Assembly: GCA_044344255.1 (NCBI GenBank)
Contig: JBIJDH010000003.1
Span: forward strand, 128,001-192,000
DNA: 64,000 nt
Source: Myxococcota bacterium
GTDB taxonomy: Bacteria; Myxococcota_A; UBA796; UBA2385
Direction of reading: 5' to 3'
The translations under genes were made by a program, and so were the position numbers. Shown here one piece after another: positions 8,373-16,846 of this stretch (its first letter is position 1; each line of letters opens with the position of its first letter). The notes under the pieces are model-generated. The model was not told where the DNA came from. It saw only the letters and a list, made by a program, of their open reading frames with translations, and searched no databases.

Positions 8373-10556
8373 TCAGGTGGGCGGCGGGGCCTCGGTCGGC
8401 GGGGCCTCGGTCGACGGGGCCTCGGTCGACGGGGCCTCGGTCGGCGAGGCGGCGGGCCAGAGGGCGGGCCGGAAGTCGAGGGCCCGCACGAGGAAGGACC
8501 AGCGGTCGGCCGCCTCTTGGATGCGCTGGGAGGTCGATTTGCCGGCGCCGTGGCCGGCGCGGGTCTCGATGCGGATGAGGGCTGGCGGCGCCGCAGGGAG
8601 GGCCGCGTGGATGTGCTGGAGCGCGGCGGCGAACTTGAAGCTGTGTGCGGGCACCACCCGATCGTCGTGGCTGCCGGTGGTCACCAGGGTGGCGGGGTAG
8701 GCCACCCCCTCGCGGAGGTTGTGCAGCGGCGAGTAGCCGAAGAGGTGCTCGAACATCTCCGGATCGTCGGCGCGGCCGTAGTCGCTCGCCCAGGCCCAGC
8801 CGATCGTGAACCGGTGGTAGCGGAGCATGTCGAGCACCGCCACCGAGGGCAGCGCCGCGCCGAAGAGCTCGGGGCGACGGGTCATGCAGGCGCCGACCAG
8901 CAGCCCGCCGTTGCTCCCGCCGTGGATCGCCAGCCGCGCGGGGCGGGTGTAACCCTCGCGGAACAGCCAGTCCGCCGCGGCCTCAAAGTCGGCGAAGGTG
9001 TTGGTCTTGTTGCGGAGTCGGCCCGCATCGTGCCAGGCGGCTCCGTACTCGCCGCCGCCCCGGAGGTTGGCCACGGCCCAGATCCCACCCATCTCGAGCC
9101 AGACGGCCCGCTCCACGCTGAAGGAGGGGGTGAGCGAGATGTGGAAGCCGCCGTAGCCGTAGAGGAGCGTGGGGTGGCTGCCGTCCCGCGGGATGCCCGC
9201 CTTGTGGACGATGAACATGGGCACACGGGCGCCGTCGGCTGACTCGACGAAGACCTGCTCGGTGACATAGCTGGCGGCGTCGAAGGGGGTCTCGGGGACG
9301 GACCATGGCTGCACCCCCCCCGTGGCCACCTCGTAGCGGTAGATCGAGGCGGGGCGGAGGAAGCCGTGGAAGGCGAAGTAGGTCTCGGTGTCGTCGGCCC
9401 GCCCTTGGAAGCCCTCGGCGGTGCCGATCCCCGGCAGCACGACCTCGCCCATCGGCTCGCCAGAGAGTGAACAGACGCGCACCTCGGAGCGGGCATGGCG
9501 CATGTAGGCGAGGATCAAGCGATGACCGACGATCGATGCCCCTTGGAGCGTGTCCTCCACCTCGGCCACGACCGGGCGCCATCGAGGCGCCGCAGGGTCG
9601 GCGAGGCTGACCGCCATCACCCGGCCCCGGGGGGCGTGGAGGTTGGTGAAGAAGTAGAGGTCGTCACCCTCGCTGTCGATGATCGAGTAGTGGGCATCGA
9701 AGCTACCGATCAGGGTTATGGGTGGCGAAGCGAGGCCGTCTGTACGGTGAACGGTGACCAGGTTCTTGGGATCTGTGCCCGCCCAGGTCGAGATGAGCAG
9801 GTAGCGCCCATCGTCGGTGACCGAGGCCGAGAAGCTCCAGTCGGGCTGCTCGGGGTCGGCGTGCACGAGCCGGTCTTCGGCCTGGTCGGTGCCCCGCCGG
9901 TGGTAACAGAGCTGATTGTTCAGGTTGACCTGCTCGAGCGGGCTCTTGGGCTCGGGGTAGCGCCCATAGTAGAAGCCCGCGCTGTCGGCGCTCCAGGTTG
10001 CGGTGGTGAACTTGGCCCAGCGCAGGGTGTCGGCGAGATCGCGGCCGGTCGCGACCTCTCGGATCCGCCAGACCTGCCAGTCCGAGCCCCCGTCGGAGGT
10101 GGCCCAGGCCAGCCAACGCCCGTCTGGGCTCACCGACCAGGCGGCGAGCGAGACGGTGCCGTCGTCGGAGAGGGTGTTGGGGTCGAGCAGCAGCCGCCCC
10201 TCCCGATTTCCGACGGGGGCGGTCAGCAAGACGGCCTGCTCTTGGAGCCCGTCGTTTCGCAGCCAGAAGGCCTGGCCGCCGGCGAGGGTGGGGGCGCTGA
10301 TGCGCGCGTAGTCCGTGAGGGCGCGGAGGCGAGCGCGGATCGCCGCGCGCTCGGGCACCTCGGAGAGGAAGCCCTCGGTGAGCTGGTTCTCAGCGTCAAT
10401 CCAGGCGCGACTCTCCGCGCTCTCCGGGTCCTCGAGCCAGCGGTAGGGGTCCGCCACCGCGCGCCCGTGATGGAGCTCCGCCTCCTCGCCCCGACGGGCT
10501 GGCGGGTAACAGAGCGGCGCGGCGAGGCCGGAGGCCTCCTCCCGGAGATCGTTCAT
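8373..10556 (-). CDS. Prolyl oligopeptidase (peptidase S9A)
   Basis: DPYRWLED, YGYGGF, GGSNGG nucleophile, DDRVVP and AGHGAGK triad motifs. Confidence 0.96.
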   Translation of the reverse strand: MNDLREEASGLAAPLCYPPARRGEEAELHHGRAVADPYRWLEDPESAESRAWIDAENQLTEGFLSEVPERAAIRARLRALTDYARISAPTLAGGQAFWLRNDGLQEQAVLLTAPVGNREGRLLLDPNTLSDDGTVSLAAWSVSPDGRWLAWATSDGGSDWQVWRIREVATGRDLADTLRWAKFTTATWSADSAGFYYGRYPEPKSPLEQVNLNNQLCYHRRGTDQAEDRLVHADPEQPDWSFSASVTDDGRYLLISTWAGTDPKNLVTVHRTDGLASPPITLIGSFDAHYSIIDSEGDDLYFFTNLHAPRGRVMAVSLADPAAPRWRPVVAEVEDTLQGASIVGHRLILAYMRHARSEVRVCSLSGEPMGEVVLPGIGTAEGFQGRADDTETYFAFHGFLRPASIYRYEVATGGVQPWSVPETPFDAASYVTEQVFVESADGARVPMFIVHKAGIPRDGSHPTLLYGYGGFHISLTPSFSVERAVWLEMGGIWAVANLRGGGEYGAAWHDAGRLRNKTNTFADFEAAADWLFREGYTRPARLAIHGGSNGGLLVGACMTRRPELFGAALPSVAVLDMLRYHRFTIGWAWASDYGRADDPEMFEHLFGYSPLHNLREGVAYPATLVTTGSHDDRVVPAHSFKFAAALQHIHAALPAAPPALIRIETRAGHGAGKSTSQRIQEAADRWSFLVRALDFRPALWPAASPTEAPSTEAPSTEAPPTEAPPPT
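8385..8444. repeat. Tandem repeat, 4 x 15 bp (CGGGGCCTCGGTCGR), encoding the (P/S)TEAP tail of the peptidase
   Basis: Four consecutive 15-mers read directly from the sequence. Confidence 0.9.
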
Positions 10557-10593
10557 CTTTGCTCCTCACCGGGATGACCGGCGTGCGAGGGGA

Positions 10594-11751
10594 TCAAGGA
10601 GCGACGAAGCCGTAGTAGGCGACGTTCCGGGCGGGGGGAAGGTGGTCTTTCGGCAGCAGCAAGGTGCGGACGTTCCACAGATCGGTGAAGACCCGCGACT
10701 GGGTAGTGCGGTCCAGGTACTCGACCCCCGACGAGCCGCCCGTCCCCACCCTGCGGCCGATGACCCGCTCCACCATCCGGGCGTGGCGCTGGCGCCAGAG
10801 CACGAGCTGCTCCTCGAGCTCGACCACGGTGTCGACGAGCAGCCGCGGCCAGGCGAGGAGGGGGAAGCTGCGGTAGCTCTCGACGTAGAGCAGCCCGGCG
10901 CGGGCCCGGCGGGTGGCGGCCTGCTCGGCCTCGGGCCGGTCCTGGGCGAGCAGGAAGCGGCGGGCGCCCTCCAGGCTCATCGCGAAGCGGCGCCGAACGT
11001 CGGCCTCCGGGGAGACCCGCGCGCGCAGCAGGGCCTCGATCTGCGTGCTGTGGTGGGCCTCGAGGGCCTGGAGGTAGTCGCTGATGAAGCCGATCACCGC
11101 TTCATTGTCGCCGGGATCGGTCGGCTGCGAGCCCTGGATGGGGGTGCGGTACAGCCAGCTCGCCAGCGCCTGCCGCAGGGTGCCGCCAGCGGTGGCCTCG
11201 GCGACGGCGGCGTCCACGCGGGCCCAGGCGTACCGGCCCGCGGCCGAGCTCTGGCCGAGCTCGCGGATGTGGTCGAGGACCGCGGTCTGGCCGTAGGCCT
11301 CGCGGGCGCCCTCTTCGAGGCCGAGCAGGATCTCCATCTCGCGCATCTGGAAGGACTGAAAGCCGCTGGCCGGGACGAGCTTGTCGCGGAAGCCGAGGAA
11401 GTCTTGGGGGGTGAGGGTCTCCATCACGGAGAACTGCTCGACGGCGAGCCGCAGGATCGCCACCACCCGGCGCAGGTGGTGCACGACGTCGGGCACCTCG
11501 GCCTCGGGGACGGTGGAGTCTCCGAGGCAGCGGATGGCCTCTCGGAGCTCGCGGATCACCTGCTTGAACCAGAGCTCGTAGCACTGGTGCACGATGATGA
11601 AGAGCAGCTCGTCGGGCACGAGCGCGCGGTCGTCGGGCTCGTGACCCCCCTGGAGGTCGAGGAGGTGATTGAGCTTGAGGTAGTCCCAGTAGTTGAGGGG
11701 GTCGGTCGCGCGGGGCGGAGAGGTCGGGGCCAAGGGGGTCTGCTCGGGCAT
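10594..11751 (-). CDS. kynA: Tryptophan 2,3-dioxygenase (long form)
   Basis: YWDYLKL, DELLFIIVHQCYELWFK, PASGFQSFQMR and WRQRHARMVERVIGRRVGTGGSSGVEYL. Confidence 0.93.
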   Translation of the reverse strand: MPEQTPLAPTSPPRATDPLNYWDYLKLNHLLDLQGGHEPDDRALVPDELLFIIVHQCYELWFKQVIRELREAIRCLGDSTVPEAEVPDVVHHLRRVVAILRLAVEQFSVMETLTPQDFLGFRDKLVPASGFQSFQMREMEILLGLEEGAREAYGQTAVLDHIRELGQSSAAGRYAWARVDAAVAEATAGGTLRQALASWLYRTPIQGSQPTDPGDNEAVIGFISDYLQALEAHHSTQIEALLRARVSPEADVRRRFAMSLEGARRFLLAQDRPEAEQAATRRARAGLLYVESYRSFPLLAWPRLLVDTVVELEEQLVLWRQRHARMVERVIGRRVGTGGSSGVEYLDRTTQSRVFTDLWNVRTLLLPKDHLPPARNVAYYGFVAP

Positions 11752-11793
11752 TCGGACTCCAAGCGGTCGCCTATCCCCGGGGGGCTCGCTCCG

Positions 11794-12948
11794 TCATTCT
11801 CGCTTTGCCTTCAAGCTCCCGCTGACCACCAGCGCGGCGGCGGCCCCCTTCACGGCCTCGGTGCGGGCGACGACGTGCAGCTTGCCCACTCGAGCCTCCT
11901 CCGCCGCCGGCAGGGCCTCGTTGATGCCCTTGGCGACCGTGTCGAGGATCACGCTCTCGAAGAGCAGCGCCAGGGGATCGGCGATACCCGCGCCCTTGCT
12001 CTTCTCACCCTCTTCGGCCTTGGTGGACTTGAAGGCGAGCTTGTCATCCTGGAGGCCGATGTGGCCGAAGACCGAGTACTCCCGCCACCAGCCGGCCCCC
12101 GAGAGGCGCCAGACCCGCAGCCCGAGCTGGAAGTCGTCGTTCTGCACCCGCAGGGAGCGGGGATCGATCGCGATGTCGTGCTCCTGGATCCCCGCCTCGA
12201 AGGCTGCCCTGCGCATCAGCGCGAGGGCTGTCTCCTGGCTCATCCGCAGCTCCCAGTCCGAGGAGAGCGCGCCGCCCGCCTGCACCGCCGCGCCGCCCGG
12301 GACGTTGGAGAGGGCCTGGATCTCCAGCATCCCTGCGGTGCCGTCGAGGCGCATGGCCCGCAAGGGGAGGGCCTCGCCGCCGAACTCGCCGAGCTGGATG
12401 GGATCGGCTCCTTCGAGGGCGTCGTCGATCCAGCCCTTCAGGGGAGAGGCCATGTCGAGGCCGCTGATCTGGCCGTCGGAGAGCTTGAGCTTGTCGACGC
12501 CGAGCAGCTTTCCGGACACCGTCCAGGTGCGGCCGGTGCGGACCACCTCGAACTTCATGCGGGCGCCGAGCTCGGCGTTAAAAGGGAGCTCTCCGGAGAG
12601 GGGGCCCGCGACCCACTTCGCCCCGCCCTTGATCGCGCCCTCGAGGCCGACGCAGGAGGCGCAGCCCTCGCCCACCTTGACGCCGAGCTTCTTCAGCTTG
12701 CCGTACGGCTTGACAGAGATCTTGATGCCGAGAGGGTTCTTGAGCTCGAGCTCCTTGTCCCACTCGGTGAGGCCGGCGTTGATCACCCCGGTCGCGAGCT
12801 CGGAGAGCGCCCCGTCGCTGATGCGGAGCCGGAGCTCCGGGGCCCAGTCGCCGACGATCTGCTCCGGATCGGCCATCACGGCGGCCTTCTCTGCGTCGTA
12901 GAGCTCCTTGATGTGTCCAGCGCAGGCGAAGCTGAAGAGGAAGAACAT
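11794..12948 (-). CDS. Hypothetical exported protein / probable lipoprotein
   Basis: Good coding bias. Probable start MFFLFSFAC with a very short hydrophobic leader and Cys. Beta-rich, Lys-rich body. Confidence 0.7.
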   Translation of the reverse strand: MFFLFSFACAGHIKELYDAEKAAVMADPEQIVGDWAPELRLRISDGALSELATGVINAGLTEWDKELELKNPLGIKISVKPYGKLKKLGVKVGEGCASCVGLEGAIKGGAKWVAGPLSGELPFNAELGARMKFEVVRTGRTWTVSGKLLGVDKLKLSDGQISGLDMASPLKGWIDDALEGADPIQLGEFGGEALPLRAMRLDGTAGMLEIQALSNVPGGAAVQAGGALSSDWELRMSQETALALMRRAAFEAGIQEHDIAIDPRSLRVQNDDFQLGLRVWRLSGAGWWREYSVFGHIGLQDDKLAFKSTKAEEGEKSKGAGIADPLALLFESVILDTVAKGINEALPAAEEARVGKLHVVARTEAVKGAAAALVVSGSLKAKRE

Positions 12949-13106
12949 CGGATCTCCGTGGGGGCCGGGGCGCGTCCGAGGGGAGGGGGCGGGCGGTCCG
13001 GGTCGGCCGGCCACCTATCCAACCCGCGCCGGGGTAGCCTACTTGGATGTCCCGCCCTCTCCTGCGCTCGAAGCTCCTTCGCTCGTCCTGGGCGCTGTGT
13101 CCGTGG

Positions 13107-15248
13107 ATGGCGCTGCTCGCGGCGCTCGCCCTCGCTCCGGACGGATCGCAGGCCGCCGAGCCCACCGAGCCCGCCGAGCCCGCCGAGCCCGCCGAGCCCG
13201 CCGAGCCCGTCGCCAAGGGGCGGATCGGCGTGCAGCTCGAGGCCATCGGTCAGGGCATGCTCGCCGCCGCGGTGGTGCCCGGCTCGGGCGCCGATCGGGC
13301 CGGGCTCCGCCCCGGCGACACCCTCGTGAAGGTGGGAGACCAGCCGATCGCGGAGAGCGTAGACGGCGCCCGCCAGCAGCTCATGGGGCCCCCCGGCAGC
13401 CGGGTGTCGGTGACGGTGCGGCGCTCGCTCGGCCGTGGGGAGGAGCACCTGGAGATCGAGCGCGGCGTCCCCCCGCCGGCCGCCAAGGGTCCCCCGCTGC
13501 CCGCGGTGGTGCTCGCCTTCCGGAGCGCGGTCCTCCGAGGGAGCAAGGCGGACCTCAAGGCGGCCACCGACGCCCTCGTGCAGGCCGACTTCGGCGGCCT
13601 CGAGCCCGTCGTCGCCGTGGGCTCGGTGCTGCGCTCGGCGCTCGGGCGTGATCCGAAGTCGCTCGGGCCCGCCTTCGATCGCCTTCGCCCCTCTGCCGGC
13701 CAGGATCCGGCGCTGGCCGCCCTCCTCGCCGAGGTGGCCGATAAGATTGGGCGCCCGGAGGAGGGGCTGTCGCTGCGCCGGGCTGCGCTCGCGGCGGCGC
13801 CCCCCGACGTGCTCCTCTCTGACAACACCACGCGCGGCGACCTGGGCGGCAACGAGCGGAGCCGCCTTCGTGTGGCAGAGGCCGACTGGGAGGCGGGGGC
13901 GCGCCGCGCGGCGATCGAGGCGGTGCGGAGCCTCTCGCTCAGCCGGGAGGTGGGGCCGCTCGGCGCCACCCTCGGCCTCGCCCCCGAGGCCCCGCGGGAG
14001 CCCTGGCGGGCGGCCCTGCCGCCGGTCGAGGAGGTCTCTCTCCGCCTGCTCGACGGCGCGGAGTGGCGCTTGTCGGAGCAGCGCGGGCGGGTCGTGCTGC
14101 TCACCTTCTGGGCCACCTGGTGCGGGCCCTGCCGACAGGAGCTGCCCGAGCTCGTGGCCCTGCGGCGAGAGCTCGGTCCGAAGGGCTTCGACGTGGTCGC
14201 CGTGAGCATCGACGGGGCGAAGACGGTGGGGGAGCTGCCCGAGGCGGCGCGGAAGCTGGGGCTGGACTTTCCGGTGGCCCACTCTCCGGCGGTGGCGAGC
14301 CGGTTTGGGGTCTCGGCGATCCCCGCCCTCCGCTTGATCGGCCGCGACGGGACCCTCGCCTATTCGGCCAAGGGCTACTCGGCGGACGCCCTCCGACGCC
14401 TGCGGGAGGCCGTCGAGCTCGCGCTGCGGGAAGACGGGCAGGGCGGCGGGGTGCTCGGCCGGCCGCACGGCGTGGCGGAGGCCCGCCTCCTCGGCCTCGC
14501 GCCCCTCACCAGCGGGACGGGGGTGGTGGCGGCCGGAGATCGGCTCGCGGTCGGGATCCCGGGAGCCAGCCCTTGGGTGGAGGGCCCCGCCGGGGCCTCG
14601 GTGCCCGACCTCAGCGAGGGCGCGGGCTCACCCGATGAGCGCCTCGCCTGGCAAGGCGGGCCGGTCGCCGTCGACCCCGGGCGCTACCTCCTGCGCGCCT
14701 GGGACGACGACGGAGCGCTCCGCTGGACCACCACCCTGGCCTCGGCCGCGGTCGACGTGGTCACGCTCGGCGAGCAGATCCTCGTCGCGGCAGAGGGGGG
14801 CACCTACGTCTTCGACGCGGAGGGGCGCCTGCTCCAGGAGCTGCCGGGCCGCTACATCGACCTCGCGGCCGCGAGCGGAGGCGGTGCCTGGGCCATCGAC
14901 GGGGAGGCCCGCTATCGCCTGAGGGCGGGCCCGGCGGGGGTGGAGGTCGAGCCCGCCGGAGCCGCCCGGGGCGCCGCGCGGGTGGCCGAGCGCGGGGAGC
15001 TCGGGGCGGCGATCGCGGTGGACCTCGTCTCCGGCCGCTTCGGACCCGGGGGCGCCCCGCGTGTGGTGGCGACCCGCACCGATCACCGCCTGATCGGCCT
15101 CGACGGCGCCGGCGCCCCGGCCTTCTCCCTCGAGCTGCGGCAGACCGCCCGCCTCGCCGCGGCTGACCTGGACGGCGATGGCCAGGACGAGCTCATCGCG
15201 GTGATTCGCGGGGTCGGCGTCGCGCGCATCCACCTCCGGCTCCCTTAA
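13107..15248 (+). CDS. Exported multidomain protein: PDZ + helical region + TlpA-like thioredoxin + beta-propeller/FG-GAP-like C-terminus
   Basis: Signal peptide. PDZ GRIGVQL...PGSGADRAGLRPGD. FWATWCGPC...AIPA. C-terminal DLDGDGQDEL. Start could be 13047. Confidence 0.8.
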   Translation: MALLAALALAPDGSQAAEPTEPAEPAEPAEPAEPVAKGRIGVQLEAIGQGMLAAAVVPGSGADRAGLRPGDTLVKVGDQPIAESVDGARQQLMGPPGSRVSVTVRRSLGRGEEHLEIERGVPPPAAKGPPLPAVVLAFRSAVLRGSKADLKAATDALVQADFGGLEPVVAVGSVLRSALGRDPKSLGPAFDRLRPSAGQDPALAALLAEVADKIGRPEEGLSLRRAALAAAPPDVLLSDNTTRGDLGGNERSRLRVAEADWEAGARRAAIEAVRSLSLSREVGPLGATLGLAPEAPREPWRAALPPVEEVSLRLLDGAEWRLSEQRGRVVLLTFWATWCGPCRQELPELVALRRELGPKGFDVVAVSIDGAKTVGELPEAARKLGLDFPVAHSPAVASRFGVSAIPALRLIGRDGTLAYSAKGYSADALRRLREAVELALREDGQGGGVLGRPHGVAEARLLGLAPLTSGTGVVAAGDRLAVGIPGASPWVEGPAGASVPDLSEGAGSPDERLAWQGGPVAVDPGRYLLRAWDDDGALRWTTTLASAAVDVVTLGEQILVAAEGGTYVFDAEGRLLQELPGRYIDLAAASGGGAWAIDGEARYRLRAGPAGVEVEPAGAARGAARVAERGELGAAIAVDLVSGRFGPGGAPRVVATRTDHRLIGLDGAGAPAFSLELRQTARLAAADLDGDGQDELIAVIRGVGVARIHLRLP
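13155..13208 (+). repeat. Tandem 9-bp repeat (GCCGAGCCC, about 6 copies) encoding an AEP linker
   Basis: Directly visible; one copy is ACCGAGCCC. Confidence 0.85.
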
Positions 15249-15511
15249 GAACGAACTCGAGACCGATTGCCGAAGTCCGGTTGCCTGGATCTGACAGATG
15301 AGCTGACCCTACGCAGCGCCGGGATACAAGAGGCTGGATAGGTGGACGGTGACGCGGGGTCCGGGCGGCTGGCGCCTCCGTCACCGTCGAAGGGTCGGGT
15401 GATCGAAGGCTCCGCGGTCGTCTGGCGGGGGACCGGCGGCGCAAGGCTTCGTGGACGTACCGCGGTGCGGTATACCTTTGTCGATATCGCTCGTTGGAGA
15501 GTGGAGGCATC

Positions 15512-16846
15512 TTGGCGGAGCAGCGAGTCAGTGAGACAAAGGTCGGGGAGACAAAGGTCGGGGAGACAAAGAACCCCGGTGAGGCGCTCGGGTCGAAGCA
15601 GCTCTCTCAGCGAGCTGCAGCGACGCGGGATCTGTCGATCATGGGCACCCCGGAGGTCGTCCCCCGCCTCGCCCTGATGGCCCAGCAGGATCCGTCCCCC
15701 GCCGTTCGGCTCGGCTGTGCGGGGGCCGCGGCCGACATCCTCAGCCGATATCGGGTCGGCACCTCCCGCCTGGCGCTCCCCGACGACGAGCGCCAGCGGT
15801 TGTTCACCCTCTTCAAGGCGATTGACCCCGGAGTGAACCCAGGGTTGTTCGGCATGCTCGCCACCCTGGACACCCCGGAGTGTGCGCCCCGCATCCTCTC
15901 CGGCTTTCGAGACCCTCGGGGCGGCGTGCGGGTCGGGGCCGCGGTGGGCCTGCTGCGCCTCTGCACCTCCGCCGCCCACGACGGAGACAGCGTCTTGGAG
16001 CAGCTCGTGGTGAGCGCCCTCGACGACAAGCGGCACAAGCCCGACGCCCTCGCTGAGGTCGCGCGGGTCTCGGCCGCCGCCGGCTATCGCTCGGCCTTGC
16101 CTCGGCTCCGCAGCCTCGGCCTCGAGGGTGCACACGGGGACACGATCCTGGCGGCGGTGGCCACCCTCGAGCGGGCGGAGGATCTCTCGGCCTGGACGGG
16201 CGCGTGGGTCTCCGACGGGCGGGACGCGGGCGAGGTGGGGGAGCCCGGCGAGCAGCCCAGCGCCTTCCTGATCGTCGCCGAGGGGGGCGGGGCGCTCTTC
16301 GCGCCGCCGGGGGCGCCCCTCCGCGCGGAGGCGCAGTTCGACATCGAAGGGGCGCGACGAATGCTCCTCCGCCGCTCGGGGGCCGCGCAGGCCGAGCCGG
16401 CCCTCCAGTGGCGGGGCGCCACCTGGACTCCGGCCGATGAGGTCGCGCTGGTCGAGGTCATCGACCGGACCCTCCGCCTCGAGGAGCTTGATGGGCGCGC
16501 GCCGCCCGCCCCGAGCCCGGAGGCGCTTCTCCTGCTCCAGCGCCTCGGGCCGGTGCTCTCCGACAACGGCCTCGGCCGCCGCACCCACGCCCTGCTCGAG
16601 CTCCGCGCCGGGCAGGCGGAGGCGGCCCTCCGCAGCCTGAAGGAGGCCGTGGAGCTCAAAAAGACCCCCGCAGATGCCTGGTACTTCCTCGGTGAGCTGC
16701 TCTTCGCCGGGGGAGATCCCACGGGAGCGGCGGAGGCCTGGGAGGCGACGATCCGTCGCGCCCGCCGCAAGCGGGACTGGTTTGCCCTCCGGGCGCGCGC
16801 GGCCCTGGGCTCGGAAGAAGGAGGGGAGTCCCATGAACCGTCTTGA
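15512..16846 (+). CDS. HEAT-repeat / TPR protein
   Basis: TTG start preceded by GGAGG. HEAT-like DPSPAVRLGCA and DPRGGVRVGAA. C-terminal TPR ADAWYFLGELLF. Confidence 0.75.
   Translation: MAEQRVSETKVGETKVGETKNPGEALGSKQLSQRAAATRDLSIMGTPEVVPRLALMAQQDPSPAVRLGCAGAAADILSRYRVGTSRLALPDDERQRLFTLFKAIDPGVNPGLFGMLATLDTPECAPRILSGFRDPRGGVRVGAAVGLLRLCTSAAHDGDSVLEQLVVSALDDKRHKPDALAEVARVSAAAGYRSALPRLRSLGLEGAHGDTILAAVATLERAEDLSAWTGAWVSDGRDAGEVGEPGEQPSAFLIVAEGGGALFAPPGAPLRAEAQFDIEGARRMLLRRSGAAQAEPALQWRGATWTPADEVALVEVIDRTLRLEELDGRAPPAPSPEALLLLQRLGPVLSDNGLGRRTHALLELRAGQAEAALRSLKEAVELKKTPADAWYFLGELLFAGGDPTGAAEAWEATIRRARRKRDWFALRARAALGSEEGGESHEPS
15533..15571 (+). repeat. Tandem 15-bp repeat (GAGACAAAGGTCGGG, about 2.6 copies) encoding ETKVG
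   Basis: Directly visible at the 5' end of the gene. Confidence 0.85.

Noticed and set aside
8385..8444. Short repeats considered as CRISPR arrays (also 57826-57885 and 15533-15571)
   Set aside because: They are head-to-tail repeats without spacers, and no cas genes are present.
8373..10556. Prolyl oligopeptidase as a RiPP maturation protease for the left-end cluster
   Set aside because: It looks like an ordinary S9A enzyme co-oriented with kynA, and no precursor peptide was identified.
10642..13329. 895-aa plus-strand ORF (and similar long ORFs such as 43061-47488, 54457-56814, 1613-3745, 22211-24223)
   Set aside because: Antisense shadows of real genes, expected in high-GC DNA. They contain no recognisable motifs.
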